In this document: piece by piece, positions 39,302-49,295 of the stretch
Position numbering within the stretch: the stretch's first letter is position 1
Layout of the letters: every line of letters starts with the position of its first letter
Assembly (NCBI GenBank): GCA_013375395.1
Contig: JABXJW010000003.1
Span: 1 to 54,506, forward strand
Direction of reading: 5' to 3'
DNA: 54,506 nucleotides
From: Desulfobacterales bacterium
Lineage (GTDB): Bacteria > Desulfobacterota > Desulfobacteria > Desulfobacterales > C00003060
The notes under the pieces: model-generated
What the model was told of the DNA's origin: nothing
The model's database searches: none
What the model saw: only the letters and a program-made list of their open reading frames with translations
Program-made: the position numbers and the translations under genes

Positions 39302-40207
39302 ATGAACGATAAAGACTCACAAGAAAAACTCACCATCTTCACAATTGGTCATTCCAACCATTCGCTGGACGCGTTCATTGGTTTATTGAAATCCCACAAG
39401 ATTGATGTGCTTGTTGATGTTCGTTCCAAGCCGTTTTCGCGGTTTTCACCCCAGTTTAACAAGGACGGGCTTGAGAAAGCAGTTAAGGCAAGTGAATTTA
39501 AATACTTGTTTCTGGGACAAGAGCTTGGCGGAAGGCCACAGGACTCGGAATTCTACGACAACTACGGATTTGTTTTGTATTCGCGGATTGCTGAAACCCT
39601 GTTGTTTCATGAAGGCATTGATCGCCTGATAAAGGGGATCAAGACATATCGGGTGGCTGTGATGTGCGGCGAAGAGAATCCTGCGAACTGCCATCGCCGG
39701 CTTCTTGTCGGGCGGGTACTTGCGAAGCGAGGGGTGAGTGTTCGGCACATTCGTGGAGATAGCACGGTTCAGGATGAAGACTCACTTGCCCGTGAGGAGT
39801 ACCAGAGCAAGGGCGAGCAGGCTCAACTAAGCCTTTTCGAGTCCAACGAGGAGGTCCCCGAGTGGAAGTCTACACAATCGGTTTTGCCAAGAAAAAAGCT
39901 CGACAGTTCTGGACAGGGACTTGGGTTGGTGGCTGTACTCATTGCGCTCTGCGGAGGATTGATTGAACGGAGTGTGAAGGGCGGGCTTATCATCGTCGGT
40001 GCTTTAAATCTTGGAGGTTCTATTGAGTTAGTTCCAAATCCTGTTGCAGTTGCTGAACTGGCTGTAGAAAAAGGTGCAATGACTTTGTTGATGCCTATAT
40101 CATCTCGAAGGCAATTATTTGATCTGTCCGACGATATGGCAACCAAAGTCAACATCGAATTTTACGCGGATGCAATTGATGGGTTTACAAAAGCCATTAT
40201 GGATTAA
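39302..40207 (+). CDS. Chimera: DUF488 protein fused by deletion to the C-terminal Lon-like tail of BrxL
   Basis: DUF488 'IFTIGHSN', 'LVDVRSKPFS', 'ELGGRP', 'MCGEENPANCHR'; last ~100 aa 'VLIALCGGLIERSVKGGLIIVGALNLGGSIE...AVEKGA.TLLMPISSRRQL.DLSDDMATKV.IEFY.D' resemble the BrxL C-terminus. Confidence 0.75.
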   Translation: MNDKDSQEKLTIFTIGHSNHSLDAFIGLLKSHKIDVLVDVRSKPFSRFSPQFNKDGLEKAVKASEFKYLFLGQELGGRPQDSEFYDNYGFVLYSRIAETLLFHEGIDRLIKGIKTYRVAVMCGEENPANCHRRLLVGRVLAKRGVSVRHIRGDSTVQDEDSLAREEYQSKGEQAQLSLFESNEEVPEWKSTQSVLPRKKLDSSGQGLGLVAVLIALCGGLIERSVKGGLIIVGALNLGGSIELVPNPVAVAELAVEKGAMTLLMPISSRRQLFDLSDDMATKVNIEFYADAIDGFTKAIMD

Positions 40208-40216
40208 TAAAGAATT

Positions 40217-43009
40217 ATGCCAAAATCTAGACTCGACATTTTGAAAGAATTTATGAACGCCAACCAGGGTTCTAAGTGGCATAAGGTCAATTTGCATGTG
40301 CATGCCTCAGGCCAAGACCCCGAAATGATTGTCGATGCCGCGATTAGGGCAGGTATAACACTCATGGCGATCACAGACCACAACACATTTAAGTTCGTTA
40401 GACCCGTCCAAGATGCAGCATCAAGAAGGACAGATGACGACCTAATTGTACTACCAGGCATAGAGATCACACTGGAGGAAGGTGCTCATATTATAGCAAT
40501 TTTTGACACTGATTTCGATGAATCTAAACAAAAGCACTTTCTTGGAATGCTCAAACTTCCTATTAATGGTTCCACAAAAGATGCGGTTAGAGATAAACCC
40601 TGTTCAGAGGTTCTAACCGACATCACCGATGCCAAAGGAATAACTGTAGTACCACATCCTTTTTCTAATGACATAGGTTTTCTTGATAAGGCGAGAAAAA
40701 TATCAACGAAAATGACTTGGCTCGAATCCGGTAATATTGGCTTAATTCAGATTCCAGAGGAAAAAGTAAAATTTATAGGCTTTGACGATGATGGCAAATG
40801 GCAGAATAGGTATGTACTTAGCAGTGCACCTCCTTCCATAGTATCGGCAACGGATTATTGTTTAGCTCCCATAGCCCCTGGAGAAGCTAAAACCTCAAAT
40901 GAAATTCAGAATGGGGCTGTTTGGCTTAAGCTTGGAAGCAGGACTGTGCGCGGGCTAAGGCAGGTTACCTGTGAGCCGCGAACCTGCATATCAAAACATA
41001 CCCCCTCTGATTCAAAATCTTATAAGCTGCTTAGCCTGACGGTTGAAGGCGGATTCTTTGACGGGCTGGAAGTGGGTTTCTCGCCGGACTTCACCTGCAT
41101 TATCGGTGAAAACCACTCCGGGAAAACGGCGATATTTGATTTTATCAGTTTTGCACTGGGACGGGACCTCTCCGTTCTGAGTGTTGTTGACCGGGAAGAG
41201 GAGCTAGATATTCTCGTCCGCCGGTTGAATGCCATACTTCAACCAAACGGCAGTGTTGATCTATACCTCACCCGGAATGGCCGTTCTTACTGCGTCTCCA
41301 GAACCTTCACACCAGAGTATGATAGAAAGACGGGAAAGGTAATAAGCATTCAGAGCAGCCCTGAAGCCTTGGTATATGACACTGGCAAAGATGAGCTTGT
41401 GCCGGTGGGTTTCCAGGAAATAGCGGTATTGCCGGAAATTTACACCCAGGGGCATGTTGGGGTTCTAAGGAAAAGCGTAATATCTCAGCTTTCCCTTATT
41501 GATGATTTAGCCGGTCTTGCGGGGCGTCGCAAAGAAAGAGAGGAGCTAAGGGAAAAACTGAGGATGAATGCAGAAGCGCTTGCTGAGCAGTATGAGCAGA
41601 CAGAGGAGGTGGCTGGCACTGTGGGCAACCTTAAACAGCTTAAAAAGGATTTGAAGGATAAGGAAAAACATCTGGAAGCCACCGGGAACACCTTGTGGCA
41701 GGCTTCAGCAACGCTGATCAACAACGTCAAAAGGCAGATTGAATCAATAGAAGAAGGCATCAATGACAGGGCAAAAACAGCCCTGGGGAAGAAATGGAAA
41801 GTCAGTCGTCTGGATTTTGACGAAACTAAAATTGCCATGCAGGATCTCCTTAGGTCCATATCCTGGGCAGTGGATACGTATAACAAATCGATTGACTCTG
41901 TAATCCAGCAACTGGAGGATTCTGTTAAGACCCTGAAGAAAAGCTGTTCACTGGTTTTTGATGAATGGGATGAGAAATACGCTGCTCACAAGGATCAGGT
42001 ATCCAAGACACTGCGGAAACAAGGCTTTGACTCCCCTGAACAGCTTCTCAATAAAGTGGAAGACTTAAGGAATGAAATCAACAGGATTGAGACGGTGGAT
42101 GTCCCCCAGCTTAGAGGGATATTGAATGAAATAAATACCTTGACAAAAGTCAGGAATACGCTTTTGGGGCAGCTAAAAGCTACATCTGAGATTATCGCGA
42201 AAACGCGCAGTTCAAAAATTGCGGAACTGAATCAAACCGTTGGGCCTGATATCACCATCAGCCTGGAAAGGCCAGACCCGCAGGGATATATTGGCCTGTT
42301 AAAGGAAGTATGCGCGGACATTGCATCCAAGGACCGCAAAATCCAAAAACGGGATGAACAATTGGCTCTGGTAGGCATGCTTGTCCAACCGTCTGAGCTT
42401 GTAGAGGCGATTGTAAATGATGGAGTCTTCAAAAAACCAGATGGACAAAAAACAACCTTAGTAAGGGTCTGTAACATCACACAGAACACTCAGGAGGTTC
42501 TATGCACCATAAAGGGTGAATCCCGCGCTTTGCACAAGCTCCAGGTTTTTGAACCTGAACCCGTCCCCAAAATAACCGTTCGCCGTGAAGGGACAGATAA
42601 GTTCGCTGATTTAAGGACAGAATTATCTCCAGGTGAACAAAGCTCGACAATTCTTGCACTAGCCCTTATGACCAGAGACGTGCCCCTTATTATAGATCAG
42701 CCAGAAGACGAGCTTGGATACAGCTATATCGTAAACAAAATAGTACCCAAGATTCTGGAAGCTAAGAGAGAACGACAAGTTATGCTCATTTCCCACAATG
42801 CCAACATTCCGGTTTTGGCAGATGCAGAGTATCTGGTCAAAATTCGGAATGACCCTGTTGCATCCCAATCAAAATGTACCATTGAAGAATCCGGCACTTT
42901 TGCTCATGAAACCATGTGTGACAAACTCCTTGAACTTGAGGGAGGAGAAAGGGCCTTCCAGATAAGACAATACAGGTATGCGATTCCCCGCAGGGCGGGA
43001 ATCTATTAA
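40217..43009 (+). CDS. PHP-domain + ABC/SMC-like ATPase (TrlF/Ppl-like)
   Basis: 'NLHVH', 'AITDHN', 'PGIEI', 'HIIAIF'; 'IIGENHSGKT', 'LSPGEQ', 'LIIDQPED', 'ISHNANIPV', 'LEGGERAF'. Confidence 0.88.
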   Translation: MPKSRLDILKEFMNANQGSKWHKVNLHVHASGQDPEMIVDAAIRAGITLMAITDHNTFKFVRPVQDAASRRTDDDLIVLPGIEITLEEGAHIIAIFDTDFDESKQKHFLGMLKLPINGSTKDAVRDKPCSEVLTDITDAKGITVVPHPFSNDIGFLDKARKISTKMTWLESGNIGLIQIPEEKVKFIGFDDDGKWQNRYVLSSAPPSIVSATDYCLAPIAPGEAKTSNEIQNGAVWLKLGSRTVRGLRQVTCEPRTCISKHTPSDSKSYKLLSLTVEGGFFDGLEVGFSPDFTCIIGENHSGKTAIFDFISFALGRDLSVLSVVDREEELDILVRRLNAILQPNGSVDLYLTRNGRSYCVSRTFTPEYDRKTGKVISIQSSPEALVYDTGKDELVPVGFQEIAVLPEIYTQGHVGVLRKSVISQLSLIDDLAGLAGRRKEREELREKLRMNAEALAEQYEQTEEVAGTVGNLKQLKKDLKDKEKHLEATGNTLWQASATLINNVKRQIESIEEGINDRAKTALGKKWKVSRLDFDETKIAMQDLLRSISWAVDTYNKSIDSVIQQLEDSVKTLKKSCSLVFDEWDEKYAAHKDQVSKTLRKQGFDSPEQLLNKVEDLRNEINRIETVDVPQLRGILNEINTLTKVRNTLLGQLKATSEIIAKTRSSKIAELNQTVGPDITISLERPDPQGYIGLLKEVCADIASKDRKIQKRDEQLALVGMLVQPSELVEAIVNDGVFKKPDGQKTTLVRVCNITQNTQEVLCTIKGESRALHKLQVFEPEPVPKITVRREGTDKFADLRTELSPGEQSSTILALALMTRDVPLIIDQPEDELGYSYIVNKIVPKILEAKRERQVMLISHNANIPVLADAEYLVKIRNDPVASQSKCTIEESGTFAHETMCDKLLELEGGERAFQIRQYRYAIPRRAGIY

Positions 43010-43054
43010 GTGGAACCAATGACATAAACACACTGCCTTCGCGGACATAGAAGC

Positions 43055-43215
43055 ATGAACGGATTCCTTTCTGACATACCGACTGATTATCTAGAGGGGT
43101 TTACAGGCAGAGATCGAGAACTCCATTCACTCCATAGCCTGCTTAATACAGAAAGCTCATTACCAGTCTTCGTGGTGGGTCAACGCAGTATTGGAAAGAC
43201 TTCATTATGTCTTCT
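43055..43215 (+). pseudogene. Truncated P-loop (AAA_16/STAND-like) ATPase fragment
   Basis: 'FTGRDRELHSL...VFVVGQRSIGKTSL', after which similarity is lost shortly before the downstream MITE. Confidence 0.55.
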
Positions 43216-43272
43216 GTATGGTGTGGTTGGGTCGAAAAACAGAAAAAGATTCAGTCAATCGTTGGCTGCTCC

Positions 43273-43389
43273 GGGCGGGTATTGGGGACGTTCTCAGCAT
43301 TTAAACTTTGGGTTGCTATTAGGGAACTATTAGGGGACCTTGCTTTATGTTGCTGATGATTGATAACTTTAAATGTTGAGAACGTCCCT
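43273..43389. mobile_element. MITE-like element family C, copy 1
   Basis: Inverted ends GGGACGTTCTCAGCATTTAAA / TTTAAATGTTGAGAACGTCCC; nearly identical to 50082-50198. Confidence 0.85.
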
Positions 43390-43597
43390 TATGTTCCCCA
43401 TGTTCCCGTTCCCCATGTTCCCACGATCTGTGAAAAATGCGATTGAGTCTCCCAATAGGCTGTTGGCGGGAAGGCCGCTTTTGAAGACTGTCAGCGCTGC
43501 AAGAGGCTTAAGAAAGCGATGAGAATGGTCATGTGTGAAAAAAAAGGTTGAAAAAACTGGAAAACTTACTTCAGTGAACGTTCTCGGGAGGAGGCTA

Positions 43598-46330
43598 ATG
43601 GCTTATCAGGATGTTATAAAAAAAATATCGCGGATAATTTTATCAGAACTAAATAACATTGATACGAGTTTGAAGGTTGCCCCCAGCGTTTCTACAGATG
43701 TGTTTGCTTATCCGGAACATGCGATCACTCATGGCGTACAGGCAAGTACATCACTTCAGCAAACCCAAGAACAAGTTCATCTATCACAGAGGAAACTGAA
43801 GGAGAAACCATTTATTGCCTACGTGAAAGCAACGGTTGATGGACAACCAAGGATATTCTTCATCTGCCGAGGGTATACACCCAAAGGCTATTCGCCTTCT
43901 ACTCCTTCTAGTCGTTTCGTTAATTATTTGTCCCCTATGGGACGATTAGTTGAGATGGACGCGGGGGATGAGCATGAGGTTATTACACCCGCGGGTAAAA
44001 TAGAAGTAAGCGTTTTTGAGAAAGACCTCTTCAAACCGGAAAGAAAAGACCACCGATGGGACGGGATTAATAACAGGTTTTTTCTGGATATCGGGACCTA
44101 TTCCATACCATCTCTTGTAGACTTCTTAAGATCTCTCGAATCTATCATTCAAAGAAAGCCCGAATTAGATCTCGTAAAAGACATCCAAGAACTTGAAACA
44201 AGGCTTCACGAGGAACTTGAAAAGAAAATTAAAATAAGAAAAGGCTTGACGAGAGAAGTCATTGAGAAGATGGAGCTTAGAGACCAGCCGACGCTCGATG
44301 ACAAACAAGGAGAAATTTTTAGGCAGCCTTTAGCCTCTCAACTAATTATATCAGGTGCCCCAGGCACGGGCAAAACAACCTTATTAATAAAGAGAATCGC
44401 CCAAAAATGCGATTTCTCATACCTTGAATCATTCGAAACAAGTGGTTTGAGCCCAGAGCAGGTATCCCTGTTTATCAACAAGGAGAACTGGATTCTATTC
44501 ACGCCGACAGAACTTTTGAAGATCTATTTAAAGGAATCATTTGCAAAAGAACTCCTGCCTGCTTCAGACCAGAGGATAAAAATATGGGAGGAAGAACGAA
44601 TGATTCTAGCCCGGGACACTTTGAAATTTCTGCGAGTTGGGGACCAAGGTTTTTTCAGAAAAGTGAGCCGGCAAATAGTCCGTGCAGACTGCAATCAAGA
44701 TCTAATCGAATACGCAGAGACATTTGTTACATTTTATGGTCAGTTGTTCGTTGAAGATTTCCACAAAGCCGTTGACACGATAAAGAAGAATAACATCGAT
44801 CAGGAGATGATATCCGGTCTTGAAAAGATTGTTAAGCAATTGAATGAAGCCAGTTTTAGGAATGAGACAGATAGAATTTTGATTTTAGTTGAGGAGCTGT
44901 ATAAGTTACAGGAGATCTTGAATCGAAGAAATAAAGAAGTAAATGAGAGAATCGAGAATATAACGAACAACATTATCGCATCGAAACCCAGGGTTTTAGA
45001 GGAAGTATTCGAAGAGATGAAATCATTCAAATCAGATGCTGAGGAGGATTTGCTTGATGAAGTAGATGAGGAGGGAGAAACAGAATCGCCAACAACAGAA
45101 TACACCGTCCTGGCCAAACGCCAGATGAAAAGAACTCTCGCTTTTCATGCACAAAGGTTGGCGACTGATAGGAAGATTCCTTCGAAGAGCATTCATAATA
45201 GGGTTTTAGGAATCATTGAGTCGTTCTTACCTGAGCCTCCTGAATTGGAGAAACTTGGAAAAAGGCTGATTGACCGCAGGGCTGCTGGGTTGATGACGCG
45301 TGGATATACGAACATGCTGAATCGGATTCCGAACTTCTACAATCGATTTCGGCAGCATCTTTTAAAGAATGAGCCGCGTCTATTTAATGAGGGAACTGAA
45401 AATGACATAAAAGAAAGAAAGATATGTGGCGTTGAAATTGATCTTTTGATTTTTGTCATGCTGAAAAATGCGCGAAAGATCTTTGATAGGCATGGAAATC
45501 TACTGGATGAAAATTCTAGAATCGAGCTGCTGGAAGACATAAAGGACAAATATGCAACACAAATCGCCGTGGATGAGGCCACTGATTTTTCGACAATTCA
45601 GCTTGGTTGCATGTACTATTTGGCGCATCCCCGCTACACTTCAGTCTCGTTTGCCGGGGATCTGATGCAAAGGGTCACTGATTTTGGGTTAACTGATTGG
45701 GAAGAATGCAAATTTATCACTAAAAATTTTGAAACTCATAACGTCGATAAAGTTTATCGGCAAAGCCCAAAGCTGCTGAAAATCGCAGAAGTCCTATATG
45801 AGCATAGCGTCGGACAGGCACCTCCTTTCAAATCCGCTTTTCTTTCGAGTGACGCTGATCCTTCTCCTCTCAAATTCGATGAGGGAATTGAGAACGAAAG
45901 CTTAGGTAAATGGGTGGCTTACAGAATACTAGAGATTTTTCAAGTAAGTCATAGCCTACCTTCCACAGCCATTTTTGTTGCAGACGACGATCAAATCGAT
46001 CATGTCCTTCGAGTTATTGAAGATCCTTTGGAGGAGAATTCTATTGGGGTCAAAGGTTGCCCTAAGGGTGAAATTCTCGGTAGTGAAGGCAAGGTCAGGA
46101 TCTTCAGTGTGAAATACATCAAAGGTTTAGAATTTGAAAGCGTCTTCTTCATCAACCTCAATGAGATTTCGAAACGTGCTCCTCAATTGGTTGACAAGTA
46201 TTTGTATGTTGGATTGACGCGCGCGGCTTCATTCTTGGGGGTCACATATGATGGGGCCTTTCCAGAGAAGATTAGATTTGCGGAAGGTTATTTCGAGGAC
46301 GGAGATTGGGGAAGATTAGCTCAGACTTAA
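43598..46330 (+). CDS. SF1 (UvrD-like) helicase/ATPase with HelD-like N-terminal region
   Basis: 'NYLSPMGRL', 'TLDDKQ', 'ISGAPGTGKTT', 'VDEATDF', 'AGDLMQR', 'YRQS', 'IKGLEFESV', 'LYVGLTRA'; GGAGGAGG RBS. Confidence 0.85.
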   Translation: MAYQDVIKKISRIILSELNNIDTSLKVAPSVSTDVFAYPEHAITHGVQASTSLQQTQEQVHLSQRKLKEKPFIAYVKATVDGQPRIFFICRGYTPKGYSPSTPSSRFVNYLSPMGRLVEMDAGDEHEVITPAGKIEVSVFEKDLFKPERKDHRWDGINNRFFLDIGTYSIPSLVDFLRSLESIIQRKPELDLVKDIQELETRLHEELEKKIKIRKGLTREVIEKMELRDQPTLDDKQGEIFRQPLASQLIISGAPGTGKTTLLIKRIAQKCDFSYLESFETSGLSPEQVSLFINKENWILFTPTELLKIYLKESFAKELLPASDQRIKIWEEERMILARDTLKFLRVGDQGFFRKVSRQIVRADCNQDLIEYAETFVTFYGQLFVEDFHKAVDTIKKNNIDQEMISGLEKIVKQLNEASFRNETDRILILVEELYKLQEILNRRNKEVNERIENITNNIIASKPRVLEEVFEEMKSFKSDAEEDLLDEVDEEGETESPTTEYTVLAKRQMKRTLAFHAQRLATDRKIPSKSIHNRVLGIIESFLPEPPELEKLGKRLIDRRAAGLMTRGYTNMLNRIPNFYNRFRQHLLKNEPRLFNEGTENDIKERKICGVEIDLLIFVMLKNARKIFDRHGNLLDENSRIELLEDIKDKYATQIAVDEATDFSTIQLGCMYYLAHPRYTSVSFAGDLMQRVTDFGLTDWEECKFITKNFETHNVDKVYRQSPKLLKIAEVLYEHSVGQAPPFKSAFLSSDADPSPLKFDEGIENESLGKWVAYRILEIFQVSHSLPSTAIFVADDDQIDHVLRVIEDPLEENSIGVKGCPKGEILGSEGKVRIFSVKYIKGLEFESVFFINLNEISKRAPQLVDKYLYVGLTRAASFLGVTYDGAFPEKIRFAEGYFEDGDWGRLAQT

Positions 46331-46852
46331 GAAGACCGGTACTCGAAAAGACACTAAAGCTCAGGATATCGAGACCAGTTCACATAAAGGGAGCTTTGGG
46401 GACATTCTTTGACTATGTTGAATAAGTCTGAAGCGAGAGTTTCAAGAAAGTGTCCATGGCCGTCATATTTGGAAAATATGGCACTGCCAAGCGAAAGGCA
46501 CAGATCCGCAAGAACCGCCTCAAGCGACCTGCCCGTGGGTACTGCGCAAAGGAGAGAATATTAGAGAAGGTGCACAAGAGGAAGAAACGTCTTGAGGGTC
46601 AGAGAGGTGGCTCTTAAGGGAGGTTGCGTCTATTTGTAAATAAGTAAGTCATCTGGACAATCTGTAACTTCTCACTTTGGCTATCTTTTCTCCTTTCGTT
46701 GATGGGTTCATCGCGACACAAAACGCAATATCATAAATATGTTATGGTGTAAACTAATTTACAAATGGGCGTCCTCACGGTCCGCACAAGGCGGTTTATG
46801 TAGCGAATAGGCTGTACAATTTGAGTGAATTCTAAAGAGGGGAGCATGGGGG

Positions 46853-48037
46853 ATGGAGTCATATTCAATGTTTTTTGAGGGAGCGCTCCTTGAAGGGGGA
46901 TTCTGGTTGTATATATGGGATATTCAAAAGCCAAATGAACGCTTTCTCTACGTGGGAAGAACTGGTGATAGTTCATCATCGAATGCCGCATCTCCTTTTG
47001 CACGAATAGGCCATCACCTAGACCTTAGTCCCAATGCAAAGGCGAATTCAATTGCGAGGCGACTCAACGAAAAGAACGTGACGCCATCCTCCGCAAGATT
47101 TGAAATGTTGGCAATTGGCCCTTTGTTTCCTGAACAAGAATCGTTAGAATACCATGTCGTTTACAGGGACCAAATGGCGGCGTTGGAAAAGGCTTTGGCG
47201 AAACACCTTCGGAAGAACGGGTACAATGTCCTCGGTATCCATAACTCAAGAAAAGTGGTGAATCAAGAGACGCTAAGGGGTGTTGTAAGAATAGTGAATA
47301 AACGTTTCCCTCCCATAAGTAAGGAACCAAAGAAGAAGTTATCCTTGATACCAACTGCTTCCTTAAGAAATGCAGGGATTGCTTCACTGGATAATGCAAA
47401 GGCACTTCTTGATGAAGCCAAACTACTTTCTGAAAATGCCCATTACGCCCGTGCATTGTGTTTATCGACAATAGGGAAAGAAGAGCTTGGTAAAGCTATT
47501 CTTTTTGCGTTGGCTGGCTTAGACCTGTTCCCTGACTTAAGGGAAAGGCTTTCAAATAGTGACTGGAGCAATCCCGCTCTTGAGCATGAGCTAAAGCAAT
47601 TATTAGAAGATTACTGGGGGATAGCAGTATGGCAAGTTGAGGAATATCATCAGATACTGATGGATGAAATTGGTTGGGAAAATTGGACCCCCATATCCGA
47701 TGTAGAATGGTTGAAGGAATTATTTGTGTCTATAGCGAAAGAAGATCCCTCATCCGCAGATATTCTTCAGAAAAGAGGAAAAGCTAGGAAGACGATGAAA
47801 AAGTATATGACTAAGGTTCCAGATGGTCTCACGGCTGAAGAGGAAAAACATGCAGGTTTTTACGTAGACCTTAAGCCTGATGGTTCGGTTTCAGAACCTA
47901 ATTGCATTACTGAAATGCGTGCCCGTTTGGCTATTGGTGAACTTGAATCAGGGCTCAATGATTTCAAGAGGCTTGAACGGGTATTCAAGAACGATGAAGA
48001 TTGGAGTAGCCTGGAAGAAAGGCTGAAAAACATATGA
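46853..48037 (+). CDS. GIY-YIG-like N-terminal domain fused to an AbiV-like (HEPN) domain
   Basis: 'WLYIW...LYVGRTGD...PFARIGHHL...LE'; 'LDNAKALLDEAKLL...HYARA..L...KEELGKA', 'H.LK', 'GFYVD'. Confidence 0.65.
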   Translation: MESYSMFFEGALLEGGFWLYIWDIQKPNERFLYVGRTGDSSSSNAASPFARIGHHLDLSPNAKANSIARRLNEKNVTPSSARFEMLAIGPLFPEQESLEYHVVYRDQMAALEKALAKHLRKNGYNVLGIHNSRKVVNQETLRGVVRIVNKRFPPISKEPKKKLSLIPTASLRNAGIASLDNAKALLDEAKLLSENAHYARALCLSTIGKEELGKAILFALAGLDLFPDLRERLSNSDWSNPALEHELKQLLEDYWGIAVWQVEEYHQILMDEIGWENWTPISDVEWLKELFVSIAKEDPSSADILQKRGKARKTMKKYMTKVPDGLTAEEEKHAGFYVDLKPDGSVSEPNCITEMRARLAIGELESGLNDFKRLERVFKNDEDWSSLEERLKNI

Positions 48038-48302
48038 CAAATATCAAGAGGTTTTTCGGCTTACCTAACAAATAAGGGAACTTTGGGGACGACCTTCAGT
48101 TTTACAGTTTCTAAGTAATCCTTTTAGAGCCGGTTCATGATGACAAAAAAGGCGTGGATGGAGCAATTTAGCGTTGTAGCGTACCATGGAACCTCAAAGG
48201 GAATTATATAAAATCCAAAACAGCGCTTGTCGAGGGTTTTAAATTTGGTGTTATTATAGAAACCACATACTAACTGGTTATGTGCCCTGAGAATTATGTG
48301 CA

Positions 48303-49154
48303 ATGGCGACACTGAGGGAATATTTCAAGAAAGACCAAGGTCGATCCTTGTGTATTGACAAGGAAACTCCGATACAAGGGGCGAACGGCGAACATTTGTT
48401 GAATGTCTTGACAAGGCTTCATGTGGATTTCGAATCAAACGCTTTATATATCTCTTTTTATGTTCCGCATTCCGAAAAAGTCGAGTGCCCGTCAAGAGTC
48501 ATTTTGAATTCAATTAACCAAATTTTGGCGTGGAAAAACGAAACATATGTAGAAAGTGGATTTAAAGGTCAGGAAGCTTCAACGATTAAGGAATGCCTAT
48601 TCACAGGGAGGATCTACATCTACTCAGAAGATGATGTTAAGGAAGAAAACAAGCGCTATGTAAGGGGCCGAGCAGCCGAATTGGGTCAAAGCGTCAAGTT
48701 TAGAGAACAAAGTTACGCTGATGAGCGAAACCGAAGCGAAAAACCGCTGGCGTTTATTTCCCATGATTCGCGCGATAAGGAGTCAATCGCCAGTCCACTA
48801 GCGTTACAGCTCCAAAAATATATGTGCCCTGTATGGTACGACGAGTACTCCCTTAAGGTAGGGGATAGTTTGAGAGAGCAGATAGAAAAAGGACTTAAAG
48901 AGTGTCTGAAATGCATTCTCATATTGACGCCTAATTACTTGTCGAATGAAGGCTGGGGTAAAAAGGAGTTTGATTCTGTATTTACCAGGGAATTGATAGA
49001 AAATGAAAAGGTAATCTTGCCGGTATGGCACGGCGTGTCTAAAAAAGAAGTATATGAATACTCGCCTGCTTTAGCGGACAGGGTGGCCGCGAATTGGAAT
49101 GACGGCGTTGAAAATGTCGCTAGAAGACTTAAGCGGGCAGTTGAGTCAAATTAG
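48303..49154 (+). CDS. TIR-domain protein
   Basis: 'AFISHDSRDK', 'VWYDEYSLKVGDSL', 'WGKKEF' (catalytic Glu), 'VILPVWHGV', 'YSPALAD'. Confidence 0.92.
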   Translation: MATLREYFKKDQGRSLCIDKETPIQGANGEHLLNVLTRLHVDFESNALYISFYVPHSEKVECPSRVILNSINQILAWKNETYVESGFKGQEASTIKECLFTGRIYIYSEDDVKEENKRYVRGRAAELGQSVKFREQSYADERNRSEKPLAFISHDSRDKESIASPLALQLQKYMCPVWYDEYSLKVGDSLREQIEKGLKECLKCILILTPNYLSNEGWGKKEFDSVFTRELIENEKVILPVWHGVSKKEVYEYSPALADRVAANWNDGVENVARRLKRAVESN

Positions 49155-49156
49155 GC

Positions 49157-49283
49157 ATGTAACCAGGCAGTTCAGTGGACAGCCAGAGCCGGGCCACTTT
49201 GGCCTGCCGAGGAGTTTAGAACAAAATCTTGTTTTATGAATGTCAATGGAAGCCCTGGCTGCCTCTAACTGCAGGCGTTAAGC
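49157..49283 (+). other. Integron attC site
   Basis: TAAC-CAGGCAGTTCAGTGGACAGCCAG ... CTGGCTGCCTCTAACTGCAGGC-GTTAAGC: imperfect inverted arms with unpaired bases, directly after the TIR stop. Confidence 0.75.
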
Positions 49284-49295
49284 GTTCGAGATACA

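Noticed and set aside
39302-43009. Intact BREX system
   Set aside because: Only ~100 aa of a BrxL-like tail remain; no brxABC, pglX or pglZ in the window
46765-46820. Possible attC or group II intron end upstream of the AbiV fusion
   Set aside because: The hairpin is too short and degenerate, with no matching core sites to support either call
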